From: an uncultured bacterium
Lineage (GTDB): Bacteria; JAJVIF01; JAPKYR01
Direction of reading: 5' to 3'
Length of the DNA: 57,118 nt
Assembly: GCA_965369865.1 (NCBI GenBank)
Contig: CBDURU010000008.1
Coordinates: 1 to 57,118 of the forward strand
Shown here: positions 1 to 10,518 of the stretch, piece after piece
Numbering within the stretch: the first letter of the stretch is position 1
How the letters are laid out: every line of letters starts with the position of its first letter
Position numbers and translations under genes: made by a program
Notes under the pieces: model-generated
Told to the model about the DNA's origin: nothing
Seen by the model: the letters and a program-made list of their open reading frames with translations, nothing else
Databases searched by the model: none

Positions 1-130
1 CAAGGTGCGACTTTCGGAGAAGCACTATTGTCTCATCGCGCGTCGGGTTCCGGAGAAATATCAAAAAAACGGAGGAGGAAAAAACAAGGCAAACATCAAA
101 AAACCAGGGACAACCGCTGGAATCAGGATC

Positions 131-177
131 CGCCGACAAGCTACGCTTACGCTCCGCTTGTCGTCGCCACACACTAC
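131..177 (-). repeat. REP-like palindrome
   Basis: GACAAGC...GCTTGTC stem, preceded on the minus strand by GTAG, just past the stop of the 194-1795 gene. Confidence 0.45.
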
Positions 178-193
178 AAACCTGCAACCTGCG

Positions 194-1795
194 TTACGAA
201 AGGTAAATCAGCGCGTTCAGAATAATGTATTCCAGATTTTCAACAATACTGCAGTCGGTTCTTGGTAACTGCCCGAAAATTCCCCACGGGTACGGAATAG
301 CGATTAATCCAATAATCGCTCCCCAAACCACTGCGTTTCTGAGTATTGCCGCGCCGGTTTCCTTCCAGTCGGTGAAAACCCTGTGACAGAAAAAAAGCAG
401 GATCGGTGTCGCGGCAAGGGCGTAACGGAACCCATAGCTTGTACCGCCGTAATTCGATGATGCAATGAGAAGGACGTAACCCCATCCAGCAAGTATCGCG
501 AGTATGACTGATATCGCTTCGAGTCGGATCCTGTTTCCGCGTTCAAGGGCAATTGAAATCGCGCCGATCAGTCCGATAAGTAAAGCCGGCGTATAAAGGA
601 AAACTCCCCGGACTCCGAATAATGCCGCCCCAATGTAGGACCATCTTTCCCTGTTCAGCAATCCTGATTCGTCGGGCCTGAGAACCTCGCCAAAGTAGCC
701 TGGTGGCGCGGTGATATAGACATCCGACTGGATATAGGTTGGCAACCAGTTCCCGGTGATTCTCGAATTTATAAAGAGATGTGCCGCGACCGGCAGAAGT
801 ATCCCGATCAGAAATAAGAGGCTGTTGGATTTCCCTCGTACTGAGTAAAAGATTCCGATAAGCAGTGCCACAGCCAGGGGTCCGAAAAGGATAATAGCGA
901 TTCCACGTTCTCCTATTAGAAATGCTGTGATGGTTAGTATCCCGAGAATTAAAGACGCTATAATCGCGATTGATCCCTCCTGGGGCTTAAGAACCCTCTG
1001 TGTGATAAAGCGAAAATCGTGAATTACGATGAGGAGGAAGGTAAATATGACGAATGGAAGCGCGCCTGTGAAATCATTTACTCCGGCGAAACCGACCGCA
1101 ATACCCGCCCAGATTGTTTCCCACCATTTCAATCGGCCGCCAAGCCGGTATCGCATCACGTAATAGAAAGCGATAAAAATTCCCGCTCCTGCGATCGTGT
1201 GGTTATTGAGAACAGTCGAGTACGCGGGATAAAGGCTTCCGATAGCCAGCGCCCAGAAAAGCCACCATCTTGCACTGTTTGAGATATTTACAAGGTGGAG
1301 GGCACGGTAGAAATACGTAATGAGCAACGCGAGTGCAAGTACTGAAGTGGTCAGTGTAACAAAAGGATAAACAATGTCCTCGTTTGCCCTGTATGTAAGT
1401 TCATGCCCGGTAAGGAGTTTTACAACAGACCTTAAAATTCCGTAACTCACGGCACCGACCGCGCTGATAAGAGGTGGTTTGGTTGAGTAGAAATGTTCCC
1501 GCAACAGGACCTTGTCGCCCGTGAACCATCCCCATTTTGTGTATTCGATTGCGAGTGTTCCCTGTTCGGCGAGACTCTCGACAGTCGCGATTCGTGCCTG
1601 GTCGTTCCAACTGTCCGCCCGGGATTTGGTGAGGATAAAATGTCCATCCCCGATCGGCGCAGGGAGCAGGTAGGCGGCGAATGTCAGGATGAATATCCAC
1701 CACAGCCTTCGTCGAAGGTTTTTTGGCTCAGGCGGAATGGTGCTATCGGTTGAGCCTGATACGGAAATAACCGGATTTTTCTCGGTTTCATCCAT
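194..1795 (-). CDS. polytopic membrane protein, GT-C (ArnT/PMT-like) glycosyltransferase candidate
   Basis: More than 10 hydrophobic segments, loop motif YSTKPP, last gene of a glycan operon; start moved to ATG 1795, which overlaps the upstream stop. Confidence 0.6.
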   Translation of the reverse strand: MDETEKNPVISVSGSTDSTIPPEPKNLRRRLWWIFILTFAAYLLPAPIGDGHFILTKSRADSWNDQARIATVESLAEQGTLAIEYTKWGWFTGDKVLLREHFYSTKPPLISAVGAVSYGILRSVVKLLTGHELTYRANEDIVYPFVTLTTSVLALALLITYFYRALHLVNISNSARWWLFWALAIGSLYPAYSTVLNNHTIAGAGIFIAFYYVMRYRLGGRLKWWETIWAGIAVGFAGVNDFTGALPFVIFTFLLIVIHDFRFITQRVLKPQEGSIAIIASLILGILTITAFLIGERGIAIILFGPLAVALLIGIFYSVRGKSNSLLFLIGILLPVAAHLFINSRITGNWLPTYIQSDVYITAPPGYFGEVLRPDESGLLNRERWSYIGAALFGVRGVFLYTPALLIGLIGAISIALERGNRIRLEAISVILAILAGWGYVLLIASSNYGGTSYGFRYALAATPILLFFCHRVFTDWKETGAAILRNAVVWGAIIGLIAIPYPWGIFGQLPRTDCSIVENLEYIILNALIYLS

Positions 1796-2717
1796 TGGGT
1801 AGTTTACATACCGCAACTAATTCATCGCTGTATTCACCTGATTCTAACATCTCGACCAGATTCAAGCCGGATTTTAACAATAGCCTTTCAAGAGTATCAC
1901 TGTCAAACAGGAGTAGATGGTCGGCAGGGCCGACAGCTTCCCATTTCACTCCAAGATCTCGTGCATATTCACACCCCAGATTCGGCGTTGCGATAATTAT
2001 AATTCCATCGGGTTTAACAAGTTGCGTAAGTTGACTAAGAAATTTAACCGGATCAGCAACGTGCTCGATAACATGCAGGGATGTCACAGTATCAAAATGC
2101 TTATCTAGCCTGAAATTTTCGAGAGTCGAGTTTGTAATCCGGAGGGAGTGGTGTTTCCGGCCGTATCTGGATGAGTGCCAGCCAGGCTCGATTCCATGCG
2201 TACTGAAACCAGCCTCAAGTGCGGCAATCATAAACGCGCCGGTACCGCATCCGATATCCAGGAGCGACTTTCCATTTCCATTGAAACCGTGTTTAGCGAG
2301 GAGTTCAAGTTTTGGCAGGAAATTCTGTTCGAGGTTACCCTGGCTGTGAATCTTTGATAGCCGTTCAGGATCGGCGGTATCTTTCCACGACCAGTACTGA
2401 AGAAATAGAGATCTGCGCGGGATTGAATATCTTGGGCATGCATATACCTGTCCACATTCACGACACTTGACCATTTCGAGTTTATCTTTACTCCATAATT
2501 CGTCCGATTGAAACTCGCCACATACCGGACATTTCGGATATTCGATCCACGATAACACGATAGTGAGTACAAGGAGAATCAATGAAGCTACTTCAAGAAT
2601 TAAGAGAACAACCAGGATAAAAGTAACGGGCTTTGTAACGACCAGGATGATTATTGTAAATATCAGGATGAATATAAGAGCAAAAAATCTATAGAACCAT
2701 TTTCCCGGAATGAACAT
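1788..2717 (-). CDS. class I SAM-dependent methyltransferase with N-terminal TM helices and Zn-ribbon
   Basis: LLDIGCGTG motif I, HVIEHV, CPVC...CREC. Confidence 0.85.
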   Translation of the reverse strand: MFIPGKWFYRFFALIFILIFTIIILVVTKPVTFILVVLLILEVASLILLVLTIVLSWIEYPKCPVCGEFQSDELWSKDKLEMVKCRECGQVYACPRYSIPRRSLFLQYWSWKDTADPERLSKIHSQGNLEQNFLPKLELLAKHGFNGNGKSLLDIGCGTGAFMIAALEAGFSTHGIEPGWHSSRYGRKHHSLRITNSTLENFRLDKHFDTVTSLHVIEHVADPVKFLSQLTQLVKPDGIIIIATPNLGCEYARDLGVKWEAVGPADHLLLFDSDTLERLLLKSGLNLVEMLESGEYSDELVAVCKLPNG

Positions 2718-2779
2718 GCCTGATTTCGGTCCTGATATAATTTTACGTTAAAAGGATACGTTTGAAATTGCTTTATTAC

Positions 2780-3919
2780 TCACCTGGAATATTCCTTAAT
2801 TATCCTGGTGCTGTATTCATCCGATGCTTCCATGATTTTATCAAATTCGTATTTCTCTTTTACGAATTCCCGTCCCGCTTTGCCAAGCTCTATCCTCAAA
2901 GTCGGGTTATTACTTAATTCGACCAGATTCTCAGCGAGTTTTTCGGTGTCGCCCATGCCGATAAAAATCCCGGTTACACCATCGATCATTACTTCCTTCA
3001 TCCCCCATCGATCGGTCACGATAACAGGTACCCGCATCGCCGAGGCTTCAAGCGCCGCGACCCCGAGTTCCTCGTAACGGCTTGGCATGGCGAAAATGTC
3101 GATCGAGTTTAAAGCTTTCGGCATGTCCTCATACGGGATTCGTCCAGGGAACACGATACGATCACCAATCTTGAGATTCTTCGCCTGCTCGACAAGTTGA
3201 TCTTTCATTTCACCGGATCCGGCCATGACACAACGGATACCCGGGATTACTCTTGATGCCTTTGCGATTGCGTCCACAAGGAATTCCGGTCCGTATTTCG
3301 GTTTCAAGGCTTTGAAAAACCCGACGGTAATTACCCGGTCTCCAAGCGGAGCACCATCGGGCCATTCGAATTCGAATTTATCTGTTACCCTATCCGGATC
3401 GAAAACCGATGTATCTACGCCGTAAGGAAAAATGTCCGGGCGGGGTTTATCCGGAACCAGTTCATTTATCGCGCCGGCAAGGAATTTACTGGTCGCGCAA
3501 AGGTAATCGGCTTTACCGAGGGCTTCGACGATCAGCCTTCGCTGAATTATACCTTTCAATCCTTTTTGATTGGGAAAAATGGTAATTTCCGATCCCCAGG
3601 GGCTGAGAATGGTCGGTTTATAGTCGGAACGCGCACCGTATGTTCCCGACCCATATGCCCACAGCACGTGCAGGAGTTTCGGACGGATTTCACTGACCAG
3701 ACGTTTTACACGCCCGATTTCAGTCCAGCTTGAAATAGACGCAATATTAAAAGGCGGGATAAAGGGGTCGAGAATTTTAACACCAGGGAGCATTTCCCGA
3801 GGAGCAGGTGCCTGGTACGGAAGCAGGCTGATTTCCCCCGGGTACTTCCTGCCGTACCAGCCTACCCATTTCCAGGTGTGGGAATTGTCCCCGGGAGCTA
3901 TAAAGAGAATCCTGGTCAT
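2780..3919 (-). CDS. glycosyltransferase family 4
   Basis: GT-B motifs YGVD and PSRYEELGVAALEA (E-x7-E). Confidence 0.9.
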   Translation of the reverse strand: MTRILFIAPGDNSHTWKWVGWYGRKYPGEISLLPYQAPAPREMLPGVKILDPFIPPFNIASISSWTEIGRVKRLVSEIRPKLLHVLWAYGSGTYGARSDYKPTILSPWGSEITIFPNQKGLKGIIQRRLIVEALGKADYLCATSKFLAGAINELVPDKPRPDIFPYGVDTSVFDPDRVTDKFEFEWPDGAPLGDRVITVGFFKALKPKYGPEFLVDAIAKASRVIPGIRCVMAGSGEMKDQLVEQAKNLKIGDRIVFPGRIPYEDMPKALNSIDIFAMPSRYEELGVAALEASAMRVPVIVTDRWGMKEVMIDGVTGIFIGMGDTEKLAENLVELSNNPTLRIELGKAGREFVKEKYEFDKIMEASDEYSTRIIKEYSR

Positions 3920-5226
3920 CCTGGCTCCTTCATTTTTCCCTTAATCCCGGCAAGAATTTCGTTCATCTCATTCGCGCGCATTTTTCGACTCTCAAGCCTC
4001 AATCGTGATGGTTCCGCCTGCGGAATCCGTTCATCATTTTCCCACTTCGATATCAGATCGGTTAACGCTTTAATAACGCCGTCCGGGTCTTCCGGATCGA
4101 CACAAATAACTTGAGGGAAATCGGAAAGCAGGTCGTTGAGATCGCCATCGGGAACGATTGCCAGGACAGGTGTTCCGCTTGCGAGGTATTCATAGGTCCT
4201 GGAGGGGATGTGCCCTTCGCAGTTCAGGACTTTCGCGAGTGGAAGGATCAGGAGATCGGCGTCAACAAGGTCCTGGATATTTTCTGAATGATCGACGAAT
4301 CCCTTCGAATGGCATCGATCGATAAGATTATGATCAAGCAGTCTCTGGTTGAGACTGTAATCGGGAAGCCCCTGGAAGTTGACTGAAATTTTAGTGTAAT
4401 AATCCGGGTACGAAGCTCTGAGTGTCTTAATCGCCGTGAGGAATCTGTCCATGTTGTAATGCCCGAAAACGGTCCCGGCCGCAACTATTGTAAATTCTTC
4501 ATTTTTTACTTTTTTACGTGTGACATTCTCGAAATCCTCGCGATCGAAACCGTTCGGTATGCAATGCACACGCGATGCAGAATCCGGGTATTTCTCCTGC
4601 ATCAGACGGGTGAAAGTCGGCGTTACCATTACAACCGCGTTTGCCTTCTCCATGAGTTCTTTTTCAGTATCGTTCGCGATACGGCGATGATGCGCGTTCG
4701 GGATCGACAGGTACGGAGCGAGTGTCCAGGGGTCGCGAAATTCGGCAACCCACGGGATGTCGTTCGCCCTTTTAAGCATTAAGCCATACTGGAGAATCGA
4801 AAACGGCGGACCGGTTGTGTAGAGGATATCGATTTCGCCATCTTTCAGCATCTTCGCTGCCATGGTATTTGCTTTCTCAGCCCAGAAAGCCCGTTCATCG
4901 GGGGTAACCAGATGTCTGGGAATCCAGTCGAGTTTAATTTTGCCGAGTACCCGGTGGATAAGGCTGCCTTCCCAGACGACCGGAATTTTTTTAATCTCAA
5001 CACTATCGGGGATTTGCTTTTCGAGTGCCGGGTCGGTCGGGTAATGCCTTGGTGTTGTGGATGTGATGACTGTGATATCCCATCCTAGGCGGCAGAGGTA
5101 CTTGACCATCGCAAGCGGACGGAAAACACCTCCGCCGCAAGTAGGCGGGAAGAAGTACGAGATCAGCAGGATTCGTCCGAGGGTTCCCGATGAGTTCCTG
5201 CCTTTATTTTTACCGGATGCCGACAT
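3916..5226 (-). CDS. glycosyltransferase family 4-like
   Basis: ISYFFPP..GG..R, EFRDPW, IPNGFD, YEYLASGTP. Confidence 0.85.
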   Translation of the reverse strand: MSASGKNKGRNSSGTLGRILLISYFFPPTCGGGVFRPLAMVKYLCRLGWDITVITSTTPRHYPTDPALEKQIPDSVEIKKIPVVWEGSLIHRVLGKIKLDWIPRHLVTPDERAFWAEKANTMAAKMLKDGEIDILYTTGPPFSILQYGLMLKRANDIPWVAEFRDPWTLAPYLSIPNAHHRRIANDTEKELMEKANAVVMVTPTFTRLMQEKYPDSASRVHCIPNGFDREDFENVTRKKVKNEEFTIVAAGTVFGHYNMDRFLTAIKTLRASYPDYYTKISVNFQGLPDYSLNQRLLDHNLIDRCHSKGFVDHSENIQDLVDADLLILPLAKVLNCEGHIPSRTYEYLASGTPVLAIVPDGDLNDLLSDFPQVICVDPEDPDGVIKALTDLISKWENDERIPQAEPSRLRLESRKMRANEMNEILAGIKGKMKEPG

Positions 5227-6623
5227 TAATCGTTATCCATTTTATTGAACGTGTTTGTACTGCCGAGCTTTTCCCATGCCTTTAAAGCGAATTCCTTAAT
5301 TATCTGGATATCGTCCTTCTTTGGTATAAATATATCTCCCGGTTTCTCTCCGGATTCCCTGAAGTAAATAATCAAAAGGAGTATGAAGAGCACAAAGTAA
5401 CTTATGCTCGATGCGATCGCGGCTCCGTTCATTCCGCCGATTGGCAGAGTGCCGATGGTGTAAGTGCCTGGAATAAGGATCAGATTTATAATGATATTCG
5501 TAACCAGTGTCGCGGCAGTACTCCACATTGCGAAATGAGGTTTTCCCCTGCTGAAAAGGTCTGCGGTGAAAATTTTAGCCAGTGCGAAAAAGAAAGCTCC
5601 CGGAAGGAGTAACAGCAAGGGAGTATAAGCCTGTGTGAAATCCCAGGGTGCGCCAGGACGATTGAATAGAATGTTCAGTAAAGGTTTTGCCACTATTATG
5701 GTCAGGATGATCGCCAGGAGGACAAGAACCGTTACCGCCCTGATACTTGGGGGCATAAGTTTTTTTCTTTCCGCTTCACCCTTCTGGATAATTTTTGGCA
5801 GCAGCGCGGTGTGGATCGCTTGCGGGATAATCCAAATCGTGACCACTGCCGAAACCGCGGTAGTGTAAAGACCAACCTGTTCTAATACAACGCTTGAAGT
5901 ACCTATCGCCAGGGCATTGATCAGCCAGACATCGACTTTTAAAACAAGATACCCAAATAAATTCGATCCCCACGGGAAGCGGGCAAATTTCCAGCTCTCG
6001 CCAGCGAGTTTAGGATTCCATCTGGGGATGACTGGTTTATGGAACCGAAATAGGATAATTAAGACAAACGCGATTAGTGTTACATTAACCAGGACGAATA
6101 CATAAACCGCCCCGGTAACCGCCCAATGAAGTCCTACGACAAAAATTCCAATGAAAATAATGCCGCACAGAACCCTCAGAATTTCGTGCAGGTTTCGGAC
6201 CCAGATACGGTTCTGGCCGTACAGGATGCTTTCCAGCAGCATATCAAGGATCGCGATCGGTATAACTATAAGGGCGAAATATCCGACCCATTGCGGCGCG
6301 TTTTCCCAGATCTTCTGATTCGCGCTGAGCTGCATGTAACCAATTCCTAATATAATTGCGGGAATAGAAAATACAGCAGTCAGATAATACGAGTTTGTGA
6401 TCAGCCTGGGAGTGTCCTCAGGTCTTTTGCCGGTAAAGTATGTATTCGAATGGTTAAATCCTAAATTCCCGAATTGGATTAAAGTGTTTGGAGCGATCGC
6501 TATCAGCTCATATACCCCTTTTAACATGGGTCCCAAAGTACGATTTATAAGGATAGATGAGATTATCTTCCCGATTATGATGAAGATGCGTGTGAGAAGA
6601 GTATATATAGAATCCTTAACCAC
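5226..6623 (-). CDS. Wzx/MATE-like oligosaccharide flippase
   Basis: 12-14 TM segments, VGLYTTA and GAAIASSISY motifs, first gene of the GT operon. Confidence 0.85.
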   Translation of the reverse strand: MVKDSIYTLLTRIFIIIGKIISSILINRTLGPMLKGVYELIAIAPNTLIQFGNLGFNHSNTYFTGKRPEDTPRLITNSYYLTAVFSIPAIILGIGYMQLSANQKIWENAPQWVGYFALIVIPIAILDMLLESILYGQNRIWVRNLHEILRVLCGIIFIGIFVVGLHWAVTGAVYVFVLVNVTLIAFVLIILFRFHKPVIPRWNPKLAGESWKFARFPWGSNLFGYLVLKVDVWLINALAIGTSSVVLEQVGLYTTAVSAVVTIWIIPQAIHTALLPKIIQKGEAERKKLMPPSIRAVTVLVLLAIILTIIVAKPLLNILFNRPGAPWDFTQAYTPLLLLLPGAFFFALAKIFTADLFSRGKPHFAMWSTAATLVTNIIINLILIPGTYTIGTLPIGGMNGAAIASSISYFVLFILLLIIYFRESGEKPGDIFIPKKDDIQIIKEFALKAWEKLGSTNTFNKMDND

Positions 6624-6694
6624 GGTCGAATGCGTGATTATAACCTATTTATCATTGTCTAAGACCAATTCTACTTGAAAGTAATTTTTTTGAA

Positions 6695-6776
6695 CTTCGG
6701 GGACAGGGCATTTTTCCCTTGATATGCAATGGTAAAGTCAGGTTTATCACTGGAGAAAAATGGCATGTCCCCGAGG
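6695..6776. repeat. REP-like inverted repeat (GGGGACA...TGTCCCC type)
   Basis: 22-bp arms 6695-6716 and 6755-6776, 19/22 complementary. Confidence 0.65.
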
Positions 6777-6810
6777 TAAAGACTTTTATCTGATTACAGA
6801 TTAACCAGAT

Positions 6811-6834
6811 AAAAAAGTGACCCTGATGGGGTCA
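6811..6834 (-). terminator. intrinsic terminator
   Basis: TGACCC/GGGTCA stem followed by a T-run on the minus strand, after the 6865 stop. Confidence 0.55.
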
Positions 6835-6864
6835 GCGGAATTTTAATTTATTTTGGGACTCCGG

Positions 6865-7926
6865 TTATTCCTCTGTACCACTTTCGTCAGAGTCTTCTTC
6901 AGAGTTCCCGGTGCCGGCTTCAGCATCGTTCCCTTCTACGTTCAAGGTCGTGTCTACGGAATATGAAACCTCGCCGGGTATCTCGAAAAATGGTGTCGCG
7001 TGGGTAAGGAGGTACTGGTCGATGGACCAGAAAATGTCGGCAGGCAGGAAATCCGAGTAATAGACATCGGGATCGAGTTCAACACCTTCCTGGATATTTT
7101 CAAAATGTGTGACCTCAGTTGCGTATACAGTATGAAGCCGGGTTTTTATGAGCTGGTAATGCCCGACACTGACCCATACCAGCAGGCTGCCTCGCCCGTT
7201 CTGACGGTCAAGCTCATTTGCCGGGATCTGATAGATCATTTGACGGTCGCGACCGCCATTCATCGTGTCTCCACCTATCCATTGCGCCGAGCAGATATTC
7301 AAAAGCTGCTGCATCCTGTCACCGATCGTAACTCCCCTGAACCAGACGGTTTTAAGGAAGAAATCGATCCCGGGACCTGTCCAGTCATCGGGAAGGTAAT
7401 ATTCCTCTGACAAATAACCGTTCTGCCAGCCCTGTTCGATATGGAGTGCGTTTACACCGCCCATGAACCATGTCGAGACACTCCATGAACCCAGATCAGT
7501 CGTGATGGACATGTCGCGGCGAGCGAGGTTCCCGGATGAATCCTCAAGATACCACCAGCCGGTAGTTGATGCATTCAGCCCTGTTGAAGGCTCGAAACCA
7601 TACGAAAATGGAATCGGAGGCAACCATGCGGTATCGAGAAGGATTTCCGGACAATTGAAAAGCGCGGAGGGATCGGGAGGATAGAGAACGGTGATGAAAC
7701 CCCAGTTGGCGCCGACACCGGGAGGCAGAGCGAGGTATTCGGACCAGTTAACCTGCCCGGATTCTTCATCGATAGGGATGCTGATAACGTCCTCGCTGGT
7801 GTTGGGTTCCATCTCGACAGGACCGGAGCTGGAGTCGATAACATCCTGATCGGCTTCCACCTGGGCCCATGCGGGAAGGGCAAGTAATAAAACCAAAACA
7901 ACAACGAAAGCTAATCGTATATGCAT
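6865..7926 (-). CDS. secreted protein, possible LolA-like fold
   Basis: Signal peptide MHIRLAF...PAWA (start moved to 7926); C-terminal LLVWV...HFENIQEGVELDPDVY resembles LolA-like proteins; acidic tail. Confidence 0.5.
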   Translation of the reverse strand: MHIRLAFVVVLVLLLALPAWAQVEADQDVIDSSSGPVEMEPNTSEDVISIPIDEESGQVNWSEYLALPPGVGANWGFITVLYPPDPSALFNCPEILLDTAWLPPIPFSYGFEPSTGLNASTTGWWYLEDSSGNLARRDMSITTDLGSWSVSTWFMGGVNALHIEQGWQNGYLSEEYYLPDDWTGPGIDFFLKTVWFRGVTIGDRMQQLLNICSAQWIGGDTMNGGRDRQMIYQIPANELDRQNGRGSLLVWVSVGHYQLIKTRLHTVYATEVTHFENIQEGVELDPDVYYSDFLPADIFWSIDQYLLTHATPFFEIPGEVSYSVDTTLNVEGNDAEAGTGNSEEDSDESGTEE

Positions 7927-8022
7927 AGCAACAACCATCGAGAGGTGTTTTCCCTCGTACAGAAGGGAAATGCTACCATACGCGGGAAACCATCGCAACA
8001 GAAAGATACTTTAAGAAATAAT

Positions 8023-8160
8023 CTATCCACCCGCCATCTTTTCAAGTCTTCTGATTCGTTCCTCGACCGGGGGATGCGTAGAAAACAGGGTCATCAATCC
8101 ACGTCCGGATAATGGATTTGCTATCCAGAGATGCGCAGTAGACGGATTCGACTTGAGGAT
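8023..8160 (-). pseudogene. htpX: 3' remnant of an HtpX/M48 zinc metalloprotease gene
   Basis: Minus strand translates [45 protein letters not shown], the HtpX C-terminal signature; no start codon or HEXXH region. Confidence 0.85.
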
Positions 8161-8768
8161 TATTTCTTTTGTGCTTTGCGAAGCCTGAGCATAAGTACAA
8201 CGACCATTATCGCGATTCCCATGAAAATTAAAAATCCTGGGGAAACTTTCTTCTGCTCATGAGCGATTTCTGGTGCGGGAAGCTTACCGATCGCATCGAT
8301 TGCACCGAGTACAGCTTCCGAGAGATTATCATTCTGGAGCTTGTCGCCCAGGATCATATATATTTCCTGTTTGCGATTATAAGGAATCGATTCGACTGCC
8401 TGGTCCTGAACCGCCAGTGAGAATTTTCTGTCCGCGGTGGAGATATAGAGAAGCCATCCGGTTGAGCTAATCTGTCCCCGTCCCTGCAGGTAGTCGGCGT
8501 AGTCTTTTACATATTCCTCGAGGAACCATTCCTCGGTGCTGAGGGAGATAATCACATAACCGTCCATACTGTTCGTTGAACGTGCATTTTCAAGCGCAAA
8601 AATAATGTTATTGACTTCCTCTACTGTAAGCGTACCGGTGAAATCGGTGACAAGTCCATGCGGGACAGGGAAGTTCCGTGCGCCCTGTGCATGGACAGGG
8701 TGAGTCAGAATTAACCATGCAAGGAGAATCAACAACAGCGTCAGGAATTTTTGTGATGCATTAAACAT
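8160..8768 (-). CDS. TPM domain-containing membrane protein
   Basis: Signal peptide, VTDFTGTL start of TPM domain, [11 protein letters not shown]-terminal TM helix; start moved to ATG 8768. Confidence 0.8.
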   Translation of the reverse strand: MFNASQKFLTLLLILLAWLILTHPVHAQGARNFPVPHGLVTDFTGTLTVEEVNNIIFALENARSTNSMDGYVIISLSTEEWFLEEYVKDYADYLQGRGQISSTGWLLYISTADRKFSLAVQDQAVESIPYNRKQEIYMILGDKLQNDNLSEAVLGAIDAIGKLPAPEIAHEQKKVSPGFLIFMGIAIMVVVLMLRLRKAQKK

Positions 8769-8859
8769 AATTAAATTTGATTTATTATTAGTGTCATTAC
8801 GGTGGTGATTAAATCGAACCTGTAAGCAGTGAGTTCTTCGAACTGGTAAATTCAAGATT

Positions 8860-9987
8860 TTAAACCACCTGCCTGGCGACGCCGGCTTCCATAACGAAAT
8901 GCCTCATATCACCCGATCCGATTTTCTCGAGTTCCGGTGGTGGATCGCATGCTGTCAGAAAAATCTGACCCGGTGGGAGAAGCTCAAGGACCCGCATTCG
9001 CCTTTTGATATCCAATTCGCTCATTACATCGTCGATCAGGACAACCGGTTTGATGCCCCTTTTTTCCGCAAGCACATGGAACCTCGAAAGGTGCAGGGCG
9101 AACATTGCACTTCTGACCTCACCCCTGGAAGCAAAATGCCGTACAGGTTTCCCGTCCAGCGTCATCCCCCAGTCATCGCGGTGTGGTCCGATCGAGCTTC
9201 GCCCGCTTTCGATATCCTTTCCCCGGTTACGCGTCAGGGCATCAAGGAACATCTCCTCGAATTTTTCAGTCCCGATCCGGTCTTCAGAAGAATTGATTTC
9301 AGGGACACCGTCCAGGGAGGCGTAATAAAGCAGCGATGCCTTATATTTTTCGCCGATCCCATCCCTGAAGATTTCATCTGTTAATTTTCCAAGTTTTAGC
9401 AAAAGATGGAGCCTCGTCGCGAGGATTTGGGCTGCCGATTCAGCGAACGGACGGTCGTAGCTCTCGAGCACCCCGTGGTCCGGTCCGCCGGGGGTTTTCA
9501 ACAGGTGGTTCCGCTGAATTAAGATGCGTTTGAATCGTCTGAGCACATCTTCATGCGGAAGAAAATTCTGTACGCAAGCGATGTCTATAAATCTACGGCG
9601 AAGTCCGGGTTCCATTACCAGGATCAACATATCCTCAGGGAAGAAATCAACAACCAGCACGTTTTCAAGGTAGTCTCGTTTACGTTTCGGCGGGACATCA
9701 TCAACGAGGAGTTTCCTGGATTTACCCTCGATTCCAAGACTGACTCGATGCTTAAGATCGCCGAAAGTGAGGTTTGCCTCGATATGGAACGCGGATTCAC
9801 CTTTCCTGATGCAGTCCTGGATTCTGCCCCTTTTACTCCTGAGCGAGAGAAGCCAGTAGATGGCTTCGAGGAGGTTGGTTTTTCCCTGGCCGTTTCGTCC
9901 CGAAATAAAATTGGCCCTCTCTGAAAATTGGAGGATACCAGAGTCCAGATTCCGGTAATTAGCGGTTTTAATAGAATGGAGTAACAA
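8860..9987 (-). CDS. recF: DNA replication/repair protein RecF
   Basis: NYRNL, Walker [16 protein letters not shown], Walker [12 protein letters not shown]. Confidence 0.95.
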   Translation of the reverse strand: MLLHSIKTANYRNLDSGILQFSERANFISGRNGQGKTNLLEAIYWLLSLRSKRGRIQDCIRKGESAFHIEANLTFGDLKHRVSLGIEGKSRKLLVDDVPPKRKRDYLENVLVVDFFPEDMLILVMEPGLRRRFIDIACVQNFLPHEDVLRRFKRILIQRNHLLKTPGGPDHGVLESYDRPFAESAAQILATRLHLLLKLGKLTDEIFRDGIGEKYKASLLYYASLDGVPEINSSEDRIGTEKFEEMFLDALTRNRGKDIESGRSSIGPHRDDWGMTLDGKPVRHFASRGEVRSAMFALHLSRFHVLAEKRGIKPVVLIDDVMSELDIKRRMRVLELLPPGQIFLTACDPPPELEKIGSGDMRHFVMEAGVARQVV

Positions 9988-10070
9988 GGTTCAAGGATTT
10001 TAACACAGGGTGGGTCGAATTGGTCCGAAGAAATGCATCATGGGCAACTTAAGGGCCAATACAGATTAAA

Positions 10071-10099
10071 TAGACTCTCAAATAAGCTTATGGTATACT
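10071..10099 (+). promoter_or_regulatory. sigma70-type promoter of the cold-shock gene
   Basis: TAGACT-N17-TATACT with extended TG. Confidence 0.6.
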
Positions 10100-10143
10100 A
10101 TTTTACAGTGCCTTTCGGCAAAACCCTACAAAGGAGGCTTATT

Positions 10144-10458
10144 TTGATTACAGGTAGGGTAAAGTGGTTCAACACGGCGAAAGGCTTTGGTTTCATCGAG
10201 CGAGAAGGGGAAAGTGATGTATTTGTGCACTATTCCCAGATCACGATGGATGGCTTTAAGGACCTGAGAGAGGGTCAACTGGTTTCATTTGAAATTGTTG
10301 ACACTTCCAAAGGCTTACAGGCATCAAATGTTCAGGCTGTACAGGCTGGCGAGGGAACGCCACTTGAGTCAGACGGCATAACACTGCCATCTGCCAGTGG
10401 AGTTACATCGACCGAAGCCAATCAGTTCGACACATCGCTCGATGGTGAACCCCTTTAA
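10144..10458 (+). CDS. cold-shock domain protein with acidic C-terminal extension
   Basis: GRVKWFN.AKGFGFI and DVFVHYS RNP motifs; AAGGAGG before TTG 10144. Confidence 0.95.
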   Translation: MITGRVKWFNTAKGFGFIEREGESDVFVHYSQITMDGFKDLREGQLVSFEIVDTSKGLQASNVQAVQAGEGTPLESDGITLPSASGVTSTEANQFDTSLDGEPL

Positions 10459-10486
10459 TCGCGTGCGTGAACCGATGTTCGCAACC

Positions 10487-10518
10487 AACCCTCTTCCATA
10501 CGGAGGAGGGTTTTTTTT
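10487..10518 (+). terminator. intrinsic terminator
   Basis: AACCCTCTTCC/GGAGGAGGGTT stem plus T-run. Confidence 0.85.

Noticed and set aside
5..268. Short plus-strand ORFs 5-268 and 28-225
   Set aside because: Low-complexity translations overlapping a REP-like element and the end of a real minus-strand gene.
8020..8130. Degenerate DnaA-like boxes or an RNA hairpin near recF
   Set aside because: Better explained as the coding remnant of htpX on the minus strand.
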